Under the pieces are notes generated by a model. It had not been told where the DNA came from and did not search any database. It saw only the letters and a list, made by a program, of their open reading frames with translations. The position numbers and the translations under genes were made by a program. A stretch of DNA of 64,000 nt from Alphaproteobacteria bacterium (lineage in GTDB: Bacteria; Pseudomonadota; Alphaproteobacteria; SP197): NCBI GenBank assembly GCA_964291415.2, contig OZ219917.1, positions 832,001-896,000 of the forward strand, read 5' to 3'. Shown here piece after piece: positions 18,934-29,777 of the stretch (position 1 is the stretch's first letter; each line of letters opens with the position of its first letter).

Positions 18934-19797
18934 ATGTCCCGGGAACGTCCAGAACATCAGGCGTCCGCACTCAACGGTCACGGGTTTCTGGGCCCCGACG
19001 ATCCGCCGGCCGTCGAGATCGTGAATGCCCGGGGGGCGTCGTCGGCGGTTCTGCTGTGCGATCATGCAAGCAACCGGGTACCGGCTTCCCTTGCTTCGCT
19101 GGGTCTGCCGGGCGGTGAACTTGAACGCCATATCGCCTGGGATATCGGGGCCGCGGAGGTGACGCGGCGCCTCGCCCGTCTGCTTGACGTACCGGCTGTG
19201 CTGTCGGGGTTCTCGCGCCTGGTGATCGACTGCAACCGGTACCTGTGGGACGTGCAGTCCATTCCCGAGAGAAGTGACGGCACCGGCATTCCGGGCAACC
19301 GGAACACGACGCCTCAGGACGTCGAGGATCGCATCCGGCACTGCTTTGCGCCGTACCACGAAGCCGCATCGCGCATGATCGGCGACATCGAGGGGCGCTG
19401 GAGGCCGCCCGCCGTGATCTTCATGCACAGCTTCACGCCCTCCATGAACGGCGAGATGCGGCCGTGGCACGTCGGCGTCCTGTGGGAGCGGGACGGGCGC
19501 ATGGCCATGCCGGCGCTCGACGCCCTGAGACAGCGCGGCGATCTTGTCGTCGGGGACAACGAGCCCTATTCGGCCCTCGAGCCGCGCGGCTACAGCATGC
19601 CCCACCATGCGACCCGCGACGGCCGCCCGGCCATCCAGTTCGAGATTCGCCAGGACCTCATTGCCGATGATGCCGGGGTACGAACCTGGGCCGGGATCGT
19701 CGCCGACGTCCTGCGGCCGCTGCTGGCCGAAGACGCGCTCTATCAAAGGCTCACCCGAGGCGGAGATCTGATCCATGGACGAGACCACACGCACTGA
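18934..19797 (+). CDS. N-formylglutamate amidohydrolase family protein
   Basis: CDHAS, HIAWDIGA, FSRLVIDCNR, HSFTP, GDNEPY, EIRQDLI. Confidence 0.92.
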   Translation: MSRERPEHQASALNGHGFLGPDDPPAVEIVNARGASSAVLLCDHASNRVPASLASLGLPGGELERHIAWDIGAAEVTRRLARLLDVPAVLSGFSRLVIDCNRYLWDVQSIPERSDGTGIPGNRNTTPQDVEDRIRHCFAPYHEAASRMIGDIEGRWRPPAVIFMHSFTPSMNGEMRPWHVGVLWERDGRMAMPALDALRQRGDLVVGDNEPYSALEPRGYSMPHHATRDGRPAIQFEIRQDLIADDAGVRTWAGIVADVLRPLLAEDALYQRLTRGGDLIHGRDHTH

Positions 19798-20104
19798 AAT
19801 CGAGGCCGCCGTCTTCCGCCGGTTGCGCGATCACTTCCAGCGCAAGCCCGGGATCCAGAACATCGATCTCATGAATCTGGCGGACTTCTGCCGCAACTGC
19901 CTCTCGAAGTGGTACCGGGCCGAGGCCGGGGACCGTGGCATCACGATGTCCTACGACGAGGCGCGCGAGATCGTCTACGGCATGCCCTACGGCGACTACA
20001 AGGAGCGCTACCAGGAAAAGGCATCGCCGGAGAAAGTGGCCGAGTTCGAAGCCGGAGAGAAACGCCGCGCCGCCGAGGCGGCGGCGCGTGGCGAGACCTG
20101 GTGA
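19775..20104 (+). CDS. DUF1244 domain protein
   Basis: EAAVFRRL, QNIDLMNLA.FCRNCLSKWY, AREIVYGMPY. Confidence 0.9.
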   Translation: MDETTRTEIEAAVFRRLRDHFQRKPGIQNIDLMNLADFCRNCLSKWYRAEAGDRGITMSYDEAREIVYGMPYGDYKERYQEKASPEKVAEFEAGEKRRAAEAAARGETW

Positions 20105-20109
20105 CCTGA

Positions 20110-20835
20110 CTACCAGCGTTCGACGGCCGGGCGCAGATCGATTTCGTGACTCCAGGCGGTCGGATGCTGGCCGTGGAGATCGAGATAGGTGCTGGCGATG
20201 GCATCGGGATCGAGCAGTGTGTCGATACCCCGTTCGGGGATCTCGTGAGCGTGCTGGGGGCCGTTGATCTGTCCGTCGATGTTGACCAGGGCGACGTGAA
20301 CACCGGCCGGTCCGAGTTCGCGGGCCATGGACTGCGCCAGGGCCCGCAGACCGAACTTGCCCACCGCGAAACCGGCAAAGTGCGCCGATCCCTTGTAGCA
20401 GGCGGTCGCCCCGGTGAAGATCAGGGTACCGCTGCCGCGTTCCACCATGGCCACGGCCGCTGCACGGCCGACGATGAAGGCGCCGAGGCAGGTGACCTGC
20501 CACTGCCGTGTGAGCTCCTCTGCGTCGATGTCGAGAATCGACCGTCTCAGGAACCCGCTGGCGTTGTAGACCACGAGTGACGGTGCGCCGAGCTCGCCCG
20601 TGACCGCGGCGAACAGGCCGGCGACATCCGCCTCCCTGGTGGCATCGCAGGCAAAGGACCTGACGTGGCCGCCGGTGACTCCGGCAACCCCGGTGGCCAC
20701 GCTTTCCGCATGGCCGGAATCGCGCGAGGCGACGGCGACCTGCATGCCTGCTGACGAAAACTGGCGGGCCAGACCGGCGCCAAGACCTTCACCGGCACCG
20801 ACGATCAGTGCCACGCCTTCGAATGAACGGCTCAT
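20110..20835 (-). CDS. SDR family oxidoreductase (atypical catalytic motif F...K)
   Basis: GAGEGLG, YNA, FTGATA, FAVGKFGLRALAQSMAREL. Confidence 0.9.
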   Translation of the reverse strand: MSRSFEGVALIVGAGEGLGAGLARQFSSAGMQVAVASRDSGHAESVATGVAGVTGGHVRSFACDATREADVAGLFAAVTGELGAPSLVVYNASGFLRRSILDIDAEELTRQWQVTCLGAFIVGRAAAVAMVERGSGTLIFTGATACYKGSAHFAGFAVGKFGLRALAQSMARELGPAGVHVALVNIDGQINGPQHAHEIPERGIDTLLDPDAIASTYLDLHGQHPTAWSHEIDLRPAVERW

Positions 20836-20883
20836 GAACGTGTTCCTTCTTCAAGGGATGGAGGGGATCGGCCAAGCCCGGCG

Positions 20884-22650
20884 TCACCCGTAGAGGGCGT
20901 CGAGACGGGCGCCGAAGCGCTCGCGGACGGCGTGACGGCGGATCTTGAGGGTGGGAGTCATCAGCCGGTTCTCCACCGTGAAGGACTCCGGCGCCACCAT
21001 GATGCGTCTGATCTTCTCGATGGGCGAGAGGTTCGCGTTGGCACGGTCCACGGCCTCCTTGATGGCGGTGTCGAGAGCGCTATCGCCGGCAAGGCTGGCG
21101 AGATCGGCCTCGAGGCCCCGTTCGCGGGCGAAACCGGCAAGCCAGGTGTCATCGGGCACCACGAGAGCCACGAGATGGGGCCGCCGGTCCCCGTCCACCA
21201 TGCACTGGGCAATCTCCGGTTCCAGGTTGAGAATGCCTTCCACGCGCTGTGGCGCGATGTTGTCACCCCCGGAATTGACGATGATGTCCTTCTTGCGGTC
21301 GGTGATGGTGAGGAAACCGTCATCGTCGAATTCACCGATGTCGCCGGTATGGAGCCAGCCGTCCCGCAACACCTCGCTGGTGGCTTCCTGGTTGTTCCAG
21401 TACCCGTCCATGAGGAGGCCGCCGGCCACGAGAATCTCGCCGTCATCGGCAATCCGAACCTCGACCTCCGGGAGAGGTCTCCCCACGCTCGCCATCTTGG
21501 TGTGTCCGGGAAGATTGCAGGAGACCACCGGCGCGGCCTCGGTCTGTCCATAGCCCTGGAGCAGCGTGAGGCCGAGAGCCGAGAAGAACGTTCCGACCTC
21601 GGGATTGAGAGCGGCGCCTCCCGAAACCATGGCTGTGAGGCGGCCGCCGAAACGGGCGCGCACCTTGTCGCGCACGAGCTTGTCGAGCACGCGGTCCTGG
21701 AGACGTTCGAAGAGACCCAGTGAATCCCCCCGGTCACGCCTGCTCCCAAGTTCGACGGCCTTCTCGAAGAGACGCTTCTTCATGCCACCCTGGCGCGCGA
21801 CGCCTGCGAGAATGCGCTGGCGCATCACCTCGTAGAGCCTGGGGACGCAGGTCATGATGGTCGGACGCGTCTCGGGCATGTTGGTGATGAGCGTGTCGAC
21901 GCCTTCGGCGTAGCGGATTTCGGCGCCGATCGAGATCGGGAAGAAGAAGCCTGCGGTGTGCTCGTAGGCGTGCGAGAGCGGCAGGAAGGAGAGAAACGTG
22001 TCGATGTTCGACAGCATTGGCCTGACGCCCAGCCAGATGCTCTTGAGGTTCGACAGCAGGGCGTGGTGGGAGAGAATGACTCCCTTGGGGAGGCCCCCGG
22101 TTCCCGACGTGTAGATCAGGCACGCCGTGTCCTTGCGCTCGATGGTGGCGATTCGCGACTCCACCCCGGTCGTATCATCGGCCGACGCATCGGACCACGG
22201 GACCACTCTGACGTCTCCGGTGGTGGTGACCGTGTCCATGGCGATGACGCAAGCGACGTCCGCAGCGGCAGCGGCCGGAAGGAACGTGCGGGCCAGCCCT
22301 TCGCCGGAGACGAACGCCATCGCCGCGCCACTGTCTTTCAGGACATGTTCGTGCAGTTCACGGGTATAGGTCGTGTAGGCGGGAACGGTGATGCCGCCGG
22401 CGGCCATGATGGCAAGATCGGCAATCGCCCATTCCGGCCGGTTTTCCGATGCCAGGACAACCCGGTCGCCGGGTTGCAGCCCGAGGGCTACCAGACCGGC
22501 AGCCAGACTGCGCACGTCCTCTGCGACCTTCTCCCAGTTTCTCGGGCGCCATGCGCCGTCTTCCTTGGCCCACAGGAAGGGCCGGCCTGCGCACTGCCCG
22601 GCCATGTCGAAGAACATGGAAGGGATGCTGGTCCAGGTGTCGTACTGCAT
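20884..22650 (-). CDS. Long-chain fatty acid-CoA ligase (AMP-binding)
   Basis: YTSGTGG.PKG, GYGQTE, GWLHTGD, DRKKD, TPTLK; start after GGAGG. Confidence 0.92.
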   Translation of the reverse strand: MQYDTWTSIPSMFFDMAGQCAGRPFLWAKEDGAWRPRNWEKVAEDVRSLAAGLVALGLQPGDRVVLASENRPEWAIADLAIMAAGGITVPAYTTYTRELHEHVLKDSGAAMAFVSGEGLARTFLPAAAAADVACVIAMDTVTTTGDVRVVPWSDASADDTTGVESRIATIERKDTACLIYTSGTGGLPKGVILSHHALLSNLKSIWLGVRPMLSNIDTFLSFLPLSHAYEHTAGFFFPISIGAEIRYAEGVDTLITNMPETRPTIMTCVPRLYEVMRQRILAGVARQGGMKKRLFEKAVELGSRRDRGDSLGLFERLQDRVLDKLVRDKVRARFGGRLTAMVSGGAALNPEVGTFFSALGLTLLQGYGQTEAAPVVSCNLPGHTKMASVGRPLPEVEVRIADDGEILVAGGLLMDGYWNNQEATSEVLRDGWLHTGDIGEFDDDGFLTITDRKKDIIVNSGGDNIAPQRVEGILNLEPEIAQCMVDGDRRPHLVALVVPDDTWLAGFARERGLEADLASLAGDSALDTAIKEAVDRANANLSPIEKIRRIMVAPESFTVENRLMTPTLKIRRHAVRERFGARLDALYG

Positions 22651-22766
22651 TGTCGCCTCCGTCCGCCAGGACAGACAGGGATCATACTGATGCGAGTGAA
22701 GAACCGGCAAGGACCGCCAGCCCGCGGCGCCAGCGGCATTGTCAGGCGAGGCTCCGGAGGATAAGG

Positions 22767-24569
22767 ATGGCGCGCCGCAACCAGGGGATGCGAGGCGTGA
22801 TCGAGGCATCCACTCTCCCCCGCTGGGATCTCTCGGACCTCTATTCCGGACCGGACGATCCGGCGGTCGCAGCGACCCTCGAGAGACTTTCCGGTGAGGC
22901 GGATGTGTTCGCCACGGACTACCGGGAGCGTCTCTCCGGGCTCTCGGCGCAGGCCTTTGGCATACTCATCGAGCGATACGCGGCTCTCGTGGAGGGCATG
23001 GGCCGTGTCGAGAGCTATGCCGACCTGCTGTTTGCCGCCAACAGGAACGATGCCGATGTCGCACAATTCCACCAGATGGTCCGGGAACGGCTGATCGCGG
23101 CCAACAGGGCGCTGATCTTTCTGGGGCTGGAAATCAACAGGCTGGACGAGGAAGCCGTGACACGGCTGCTCGACGACCCGGCTATCGCGCGCTACCGGAC
23201 CTGGTTCGAGGCCCTGCGCAGCTTCAGACCGCATCAGCTCTCCGACGAGGCCGAGGCGATGCTCAACGAACTCGCCGTCGTGCAGGCTGGTGCCTGGGTG
23301 CGTCTCTTCGATCAGACCATCGCCGACCTCACGTTCTCGATCGATGGCGAGGAGCTGTCAGAGGCAGAGGCGCTCGACCGCCTGTCCTGGGCCGACGCCG
23401 GCATCAGGAAACGGACGGCGCGGGAACTTGCCGGCGTCTTTCGTCAGAACGTCAGGCTGTTTGCCCATATCACGAACACGCTCGCCAAAATGAAGGCGAT
23501 CGAGGACGGCTGGAGGTCCTTCGCCCGGCCGGTCTCCTCGCGCAACCTCGCCAATCTGATCGAGGACGAGACGGTCGATGCGCTCATCGGCGCCGTACGC
23601 GAGGCCTATCCGCGTCTTTCCCACCGCTACTATGCCGTCAAGGCGAACTGGTTCGGCTGCGACAGACTGGCCTGGTGGGACCGGAATGCGCCCCTGCCCG
23701 AAGCGGATGAGCCTGCTTACGGGTGGGACGAGGCCCGCGACATCGTGCTCGGCGCCTTCGGCGGATTCTCGCCACGCATGGCCGGCGTCGCCGCGGATTT
23801 CTTCCGGAAACGGTGGATCGACGCCCCCGTCATGCCTGGCAAGGACGGCGGGGCGTTCTCCCATCCGACCGTCCCCGGGGCCCATCCCTACATCCTTCTC
23901 AACTACCAGGGGCGGACGCGCGACGTCATGACACTGGCCCACGAACTCGGTCACGGTGTCCACCAGGTTCTTGCCGCGCCGCAGGGTCCGCTGCTGGCCC
24001 CGACACCCCTGACGCTTGCGGAGACGGCGTCGGTGTTCGGCGAACAGCTCGCCTTCCGGCATCTCCTCGAGCACGAGGACGATCCCCGGGCCCGCAGGAC
24101 GATTCTGGCAGGCAAGGTGGAGGACATGCTGAATACGGTGGTGCGGCAGATTGCGTTCTGCGATTTCGAGATGCGACTCCATGACGCCCGGGCGGAAGGC
24201 GAACTCACCCCTGATGACATCGGTGATCTGTGGATGGCCACGCAACGCGAGAGCCTGGGACCTGCCGTCTGCCTGGACGACGACTACCGCAGTTTCTGGT
24301 GCTACATTCCGCACTTCATCCATGCTCCCTTCTATGTCTATGCCTATGCATTCGGCGATTGTCTCGTGAATGCCCTTCACGCGCTCCATCGCCAGGGCAT
24401 GGCCGGCTTCGAGGACAAGTTCCTCGCCATGCTTGAGGCAGGGGGAAGCAAACATCATCGCGAGCTTCTTCAACCCTTCGGTCTCGATGCGACGAGGAAG
24501 GAGTTCTGGGCAGGGGGGCTCGAGTCGATCAGCAACATGATCGACGAACTCGAGGCATTGCCGGCGTGA
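22767..24569 (+). CDS. M3 family oligoendopeptidase F
   Basis: PRWDLSDLY, TLAHELGHGVH, AETAS.F.E, YIPHFIH.PFYVYAY. Confidence 0.93.
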   Translation: MARRNQGMRGVIEASTLPRWDLSDLYSGPDDPAVAATLERLSGEADVFATDYRERLSGLSAQAFGILIERYAALVEGMGRVESYADLLFAANRNDADVAQFHQMVRERLIAANRALIFLGLEINRLDEEAVTRLLDDPAIARYRTWFEALRSFRPHQLSDEAEAMLNELAVVQAGAWVRLFDQTIADLTFSIDGEELSEAEALDRLSWADAGIRKRTARELAGVFRQNVRLFAHITNTLAKMKAIEDGWRSFARPVSSRNLANLIEDETVDALIGAVREAYPRLSHRYYAVKANWFGCDRLAWWDRNAPLPEADEPAYGWDEARDIVLGAFGGFSPRMAGVAADFFRKRWIDAPVMPGKDGGAFSHPTVPGAHPYILLNYQGRTRDVMTLAHELGHGVHQVLAAPQGPLLAPTPLTLAETASVFGEQLAFRHLLEHEDDPRARRTILAGKVEDMLNTVVRQIAFCDFEMRLHDARAEGELTPDDIGDLWMATQRESLGPAVCLDDDYRSFWCYIPHFIHAPFYVYAYAFGDCLVNALHALHRQGMAGFEDKFLAMLEAGGSKHHRELLQPFGLDATRKEFWAGGLESISNMIDELEALPA

Positions 24570-25972
24570 CCGACAGGGACCTCAGGGATGCCAACCGGCT
24601 GACCGGGCGGGCGGCCCGCTACGCGAGAGTCGGCGCGGCGGTCGGACGCGTTGGCGCCCGGGCGGTGACCGGACGCGTCCTGGGGAGCCGCTCGGACCGC
24701 GCCGAGATGGCGGTCAATCTCAAGAACGCGCTGGGCGGACTGAAAGGACCGCTGATGAAGGTGGCGCAGCTCCTGGCCACCATCCCTGACGTCCTGCCGC
24801 CGGAGTACGCCACGGAGCTCGCCAAGCTGCAGGTCAACGCCCCCTCCATGGGGTGGCCTTTCGTACGCCGCCGCATGGCCGGTGAACTCGGCGCCGAGTG
24901 GCAGAAGAAGTTCACGTCCTTCGACCGCCAGGCCTCGGCCGCTGCGTCGCTCGGCCAGGTGCACCGGGCGACCACGCCGGACGGCGTCGAGCGGGCCTGC
25001 AAGCTCCAGTATCCCGACATGCAGTCGGCGGTGGAGGCCGACCTGAAACAGTTGAAGGTGCTGTTCTCGCTCTATCGCCGGTACGACAGGGCGATCGATC
25101 CGAGCCGGGTCTACGAGGAGATATCAGAACGCTTGCGGGAAGAACTCGACTACCGGCTGGAGGTGCGTCACCAGCGGCTCTACCGCAGCATCCTGGCGCA
25201 GCAGTCCAGGGTCAACGTTCCGGCAGTCATCGACGAACTCTCCAGCGACCGCCTGATCACCATGGACTGGGTCGATGGAGTGCCTCTGATGTCGATGACG
25301 GAAGCCGACGCCGGGTCACGAAACGAGATCGCGATGTCGATGTTCCTGGCCTGGTACGAGCCGTTCTATGGTTATGGCGTCATCCACGGGGACCCCCATC
25401 CGGGCAACTACAAGGTGCGGCCCGACATGGGCATACACCTGCTCGACTTTGGCTGCATCCGCATCTTTCCGCCGCACTTCGTGACCGGGGTGATCGATCT
25501 CTATCATGCGCTCGGCAAGGACGACCGCGACCTTGCCGTTCACGCCTACGAGACCTGGGGGTTCACGGGTCTCAACGACGAGGTGATCGACACCCTCAAC
25601 ATGTGGGCCGCCTTCGTCTATGCGCCCCTGCTGGAGAACCGCCCGCGGGTCATCCAGGACGAGGGATCGCGCTACGGAGCCCGGGTGGCGTCGAAGGTCC
25701 ATGCCCGCCTCAGGGAGCTGGGTGGAGTCACCGTGCCGCGGGAGTTCGTGTTCATGGACCGTGCGGCCCTTGGGTTGGGAAGCATCTTTCTTCATCTCAA
25801 GGCCGAGGTGAACTGGCACCGCGTCTTCCACAGCCTCATCGACGACTACCGGGAAGAGGATCTCGCCCGACGCCAGGACCAGGCACTGGCTTCGGTCGGC
25901 CTGGACGGAGGAGGACCCTCGGCTCCCCCCGAGGCGGCCGGAAGCGCTAGCGGCCGGCAAACGCCTCCATGA
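24566..25972 (+). CDS. AarF/ABC1/UbiB atypical kinase family protein
   Basis: LKGPLMK, AAASLGQVHRA, K.QYP, EELDY, HGDPHPGN, LDFG. Confidence 0.92.
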   Translation: MTDRDLRDANRLTGRAARYARVGAAVGRVGARAVTGRVLGSRSDRAEMAVNLKNALGGLKGPLMKVAQLLATIPDVLPPEYATELAKLQVNAPSMGWPFVRRRMAGELGAEWQKKFTSFDRQASAAASLGQVHRATTPDGVERACKLQYPDMQSAVEADLKQLKVLFSLYRRYDRAIDPSRVYEEISERLREELDYRLEVRHQRLYRSILAQQSRVNVPAVIDELSSDRLITMDWVDGVPLMSMTEADAGSRNEIAMSMFLAWYEPFYGYGVIHGDPHPGNYKVRPDMGIHLLDFGCIRIFPPHFVTGVIDLYHALGKDDRDLAVHAYETWGFTGLNDEVIDTLNMWAAFVYAPLLENRPRVIQDEGSRYGARVASKVHARLRELGGVTVPREFVFMDRAALGLGSIFLHLKAEVNWHRVFHSLIDDYREEDLARRQDQALASVGLDGGGPSAPPEAAGSASGRQTPP

Positions 25973-26915
25973 TCCGCTCGCCGTCTTCACCGGCGGCGGC
26001 AGACCATTCATCGAACATGACGGCGCCGATGCGGCCAAGGTCCGCGGCCAGCGCCTCGCCGGGTGGTGCGACGATCATGCCGCGGGCGGCAAGCCGGGAG
26101 AGATACCAGCCGGAGAGCTCTCGCGCACGGGTTGTGCCGGCGGCTTCCGCGAAGTGGGCCGCCGACCTCAGACAGTTTCGCCCCTGGTCGTCGAGACTGT
26201 TGAAAGCATCGCCGTTGACGAAGACGTAGTTACGGGGCACCCACGCGGCGGCATCGTAGAAGTGAGTCATGTGGTCCCACACCCTGTGGTTGTACCCCGT
26301 CTCGGAGGAGGAAACGAAACCCAGGACCGCGCCGCTCGCCAGAACTTCGTCGAGGTCGGCGAGCTCCGTGTGCACCGGCTCCATGCCGGCCAGTTCGACC
26401 AGTCGTGCGGTCGCTTCGTTGTAGGTCCTGAAGGAGATTCCTGCCACGTCCGCCAGGCGTTCGACCGGCTGGCTGAAGTAGAGACCCTGGGGTGGCCATG
26501 GCACGGAGTAGAGGAGCACGAGATTGTCTCTCAGCAGGATCTCCTCAAGTATCGGACGCGCCGCCTGCCACAGCCGCTCCGAGGCATCGAAGGACGTTGC
26601 CAGGAAGGGCACGGAATCGTATGCGAACACCGCGTTGTCGTCGGCCTGGGCGCTGAGCAGCCGTTCGCCTATGGCCACGTCACCGGTCTCGACGGCACGC
26701 TTGATGCCGCCGCCGCCGATCAGCGATCCGCCGGTATGGACCTCGATGGTGAGCCTCCCTGCGGTGCAGACTCTCACCGCCTCGGCAAAGGTCCGGACGA
26801 TCTCCGTCTGGTAGCTGGATTCGTCGTAGGCCGTCGGCATGATCCACGTGTCGTCGGCAAGGGAGCCGGCCATGGTCAGGGCGACGGCAGCAACAGCCAC
26901 CGGAAGGCGCGTCAT
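25947..26915 (-). CDS. TRAP transporter substrate-binding protein (DctP family)
   Basis: Signal peptide, GSL...IKRAV..G, DSVPFLA, WPPQGLY, R.YN. Confidence 0.85.
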   Translation of the reverse strand: MTRLPVAVAAVALTMAGSLADDTWIMPTAYDESSYQTEIVRTFAEAVRVCTAGRLTIEVHTGGSLIGGGGIKRAVETGDVAIGERLLSAQADDNAVFAYDSVPFLATSFDASERLWQAARPILEEILLRDNLVLLYSVPWPPQGLYFSQPVERLADVAGISFRTYNEATARLVELAGMEPVHTELADLDEVLASGAVLGFVSSSETGYNHRVWDHMTHFYDAAAWVPRNYVFVNGDAFNSLDDQGRNCLRSAAHFAEAAGTTRARELSGWYLSRLAARGMIVAPPGEALAADLGRIGAVMFDEWSAAAGEDGERIMEAFAGR

Positions 26916-26973
26916 GTCATGAGGTCCCGTCGCAGGTCGTGCCAGGGATGGTGGGTAGAAGCAGACCGCCTCA

Positions 26974-28656
26974 TCAGGCGATCCACTCGCTCACCGGTGC
27001 TGCACTCTCCTCGAGCGGCTGCGTGACGATATCGAGGAGTGCCGGTCCATCCTGATGCAGCAGATCTTCCAGGGCGCCTTCGAGTTCATGAGACGCCGTC
27101 ACCCGTCGTGCCTTGACGCCGAAGGCCGAGGCGACGGCCGCATGATCCGTCGTCAGGAAGTCGACGCCGAAGTAGCGGCCGTCGAAGGAGGCTTTCTGGC
27201 CAGCCTTGATCCAGCCGAACCCGGCATTGGAGAGAACGATGAAGAGGATCGGCAGGTCGAGGCGCCGGACGGTCTCGAGTTCGCCTGCACTCATGGCGAA
27301 GCTTCCGTCTCCCATCACGGCGACGATCTGTCTTTCGGGCTGGGCGATGGCAGCGCCGATGGCCGCGGCAAGGGCATATCCCAGCGCCCCGTGGGCGCGG
27401 TTGGTGATGATGGAGCGGCCGGGCTGGCGCACCTCGAAGTACGCCGCAACGTAAGGACAGGGCGTTCCGGCATCGGCACATACGATGACATCGTCCGGCA
27501 GGGCCCGCCGCATTTCGGTCATGATCCGCTCGGGCGGGACCGGTGCTCCATCACCCGGGCGCTCGAGGCGGCCTGCCCGGGCTTCCCGCACCGTGCCGGC
27601 GAGGCGGGCGCCGTGGCTGCGGACCGGTCCGTCGACCGCTTGCAGCAACGCCTCCAGGGCAAGGCGGGCATCGCCGTGGAGCGCTGCATCACTGGCATAG
27701 TTGGCGCCGAACACACTGGCGTCGACGTCGAGGTGGATGATCCGGGTTCCGGGACGCGGAAACCGCCAGCGCTCCGTGGTGACCGACCCGGCGCGACAGC
27801 CGATGAAGAGGATGCAGTCCGCCTCGGCCACCGCGGCCCGCGTGGCCGGTATGCCGCCATTGGATCCGACGACGCCCAGTGACAGGGGATGGGTCTCGGC
27901 GAGGCTGCCCTTGCCGCTCACCGTGGTCGCCACCGCCATCCCGGTTCGCTCCGCCAGCGCGCCGAGGGCGTCCATGGCGCCGGAGAGCAGCACCCCGCCG
28001 CCGCAGATCGCCAGGGGCCGCTCGGCGCCGGCGAGGATCCCGGCGGCGCGTTCCGTCTCCTCGGCTGCCGGCGCGCCGGGGCGGTGAGCAAATGGGGCGT
28101 CTGCCCGGATCTCGTCGGGCGGCACCGGCGCCTGCTGGACATCGAAGGGAAGCGACAGGTGGACCGCGCCCGGGCGTCCGCTTGCCGCTTCGCGAAACGC
28201 TCGCCGCACGCTGCGCGGCAGGGCGGCGCCGTCGTCGAGGGTCGCGTTCCACTTGGTGACGGGCCGGAAGAGGGCCTCCTGATCGAGTTCCGTGAGGGTG
28301 AACCGGCCACGAGACGAGCGCGCGACATCGCTTGTGATGGCGACGAGCGGGACCGCGCTCTCCTGGGCTTCGACGATTCCCGGAAGGATATAGGTGGCGC
28401 CGCCGCCTGAAGGCCCTTCGCAGACGCCGACCTGGCCGGTGAGCTTGGCATAAGCGTCGGCCATGTAGGCGGCATGGCGTTCGTCGCGGACGAGAATGTG
28501 CTCAATTCCGCGACCGAGGCGCGCGAGAGCGTCGTAGAAGGGAAGCGAGGTGTCGCCGGCGAGGCCGAAGACGTGCCGAACACCATGGAGCTCGAGCAGG
28601 TGCACCAGCGCCTCGGCGCCGTTGGGCTCGTTGCCTGATCCCGCGATCCCCTGCAT
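26974..28656 (-). CDS. Thiamine pyrophosphate-binding enzyme (acetolactate synthase-like)
   Basis: VFG..G, RDE..A.YMADAYA, GRPG.VHL..P.D, GDGSF...N ThDP motif. Confidence 0.9.
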   Translation of the reverse strand: MQGIAGSGNEPNGAEALVHLLELHGVRHVFGLAGDTSLPFYDALARLGRGIEHILVRDERHAAYMADAYAKLTGQVGVCEGPSGGGATYILPGIVEAQESAVPLVAITSDVARSSRGRFTLTELDQEALFRPVTKWNATLDDGAALPRSVRRAFREAASGRPGAVHLSLPFDVQQAPVPPDEIRADAPFAHRPGAPAAEETERAAGILAGAERPLAICGGGVLLSGAMDALGALAERTGMAVATTVSGKGSLAETHPLSLGVVGSNGGIPATRAAVAEADCILFIGCRAGSVTTERWRFPRPGTRIIHLDVDASVFGANYASDAALHGDARLALEALLQAVDGPVRSHGARLAGTVREARAGRLERPGDGAPVPPERIMTEMRRALPDDVIVCADAGTPCPYVAAYFEVRQPGRSIITNRAHGALGYALAAAIGAAIAQPERQIVAVMGDGSFAMSAGELETVRRLDLPILFIVLSNAGFGWIKAGQKASFDGRYFGVDFLTTDHAAVASAFGVKARRVTASHELEGALEDLLHQDGPALLDIVTQPLEESAAPVSEWIA

Positions 28657-28708
28657 CCTTGCCACGGTCCCGAAAAATCCGGGAACGTCAAGCGGTGAGA
28701 GAAAGGCC

Positions 28709-29428
28709 ATGATTGTGACAGGGGGCAAGGCCGTCTACGGGGCGGCTCTCGGCATACTCATGCTCGACGCCAGGTTTCCCCGCATTCCGGGCGACATGGG
28801 CCATGCCGGCACCTGGCCCTTTCCGGTGCTCTACCGGGTCGTGCGAGGCGCCTCGCCGGACCGGGTGGTGCGGCACGGCGCCGACGGTCTCTTCGAGGCC
28901 TTTCTCGCGGCAGGACGGGAACTGGTGCGAGACGGGGCGGACGCCATCACCACCAATTGCGGCTTCCTCTGCGTCTTCCAGGAGGGTCTGGCGCGCTATC
29001 TCGACGTTCCCGTCGCCACCTCGTCCCTGATGCAGGTGCCGCTGGTGGCTGCCACCCTGCCGCCGCAAAAGACCGTCGGCATCGTCACCGTCTCGAAGGA
29101 CTCGCTGACCGACGCGCATCTCGCGGCGGCCGGCGTGCCGGAGGGAACGCCGATAGCCGGAGTACCCGCAGACGGCGCCTTCGCCGGAACCCTGCTCGAC
29201 AACCGCCCGCTGCTCGATGTCGAGGCAGCCCGGTCGGAGGTGGTGGAGGCAGCGATGGAACTCAAGCGCACCGTGCCCGGTCTTGGCGCCGTGGTGCTGG
29301 AATGCACGAACATGGATCCCTATGCCGCCGATGTCCGCAAGGCCACCGGCGTGCCGGTCCACTCGATCAGGACCTTCATGCTGTGGTTCCACGGGTCCCT
29401 GGAACCGGTCCGTTTTCCGCCGACATGA
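28709..29428 (+). CDS. Aspartate/glutamate racemase family protein
   Basis: GILMLD.RFPRIPGD.G, TNCGF and LECTN cysteine motifs. Confidence 0.85.
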   Translation: MIVTGGKAVYGAALGILMLDARFPRIPGDMGHAGTWPFPVLYRVVRGASPDRVVRHGADGLFEAFLAAGRELVRDGADAITTNCGFLCVFQEGLARYLDVPVATSSLMQVPLVAATLPPQKTVGIVTVSKDSLTDAHLAAAGVPEGTPIAGVPADGAFAGTLLDNRPLLDVEAARSEVVEAAMELKRTVPGLGAVVLECTNMDPYAADVRKATGVPVHSIRTFMLWFHGSLEPVRFPPT

Positions 29429-29542
29429 ACTCCCGCGGAGTATTGCTGGTATCGTCACCGTCGCGAAGGAATCGTTGACGCCCGTATGACTGGCGTGACG
29501 GCAGGAACAGCCGTCGACCGAGCACACCGGATGGCGACATCA

Positions 29543-29556
29543 GTGATCCAGGTCAA
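29543..29556. promoter_or_regulatory. Possible FNR/CRP-family box
   Basis: GTGAT-CCAG-GTCAA, two mismatches to TTGAT-N4-ATCAA, about 220 bp upstream of ferredoxin-P450. Confidence 0.25.
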
Positions 29557-29777
29557 GGCGGCTACGGAAGCTCAACCTGATCCCCAAAGGAACCGCCCTG
29601 GACGCGAATTGACGAATGCCCGCCCCCACAGAGCCGGAGTACGCGGTCACCGTGACCGCATGCGCGGCAGTCCGGTGGAAACCCAAGGGCCGTGAGGTCT
29701 GGCGACAGCGCGCTTTTCTTTTCCTTCCGGCCGGAGGAACATGGGTGGGGAGCGACAGGCGGCAAGGGACGCAGGCC

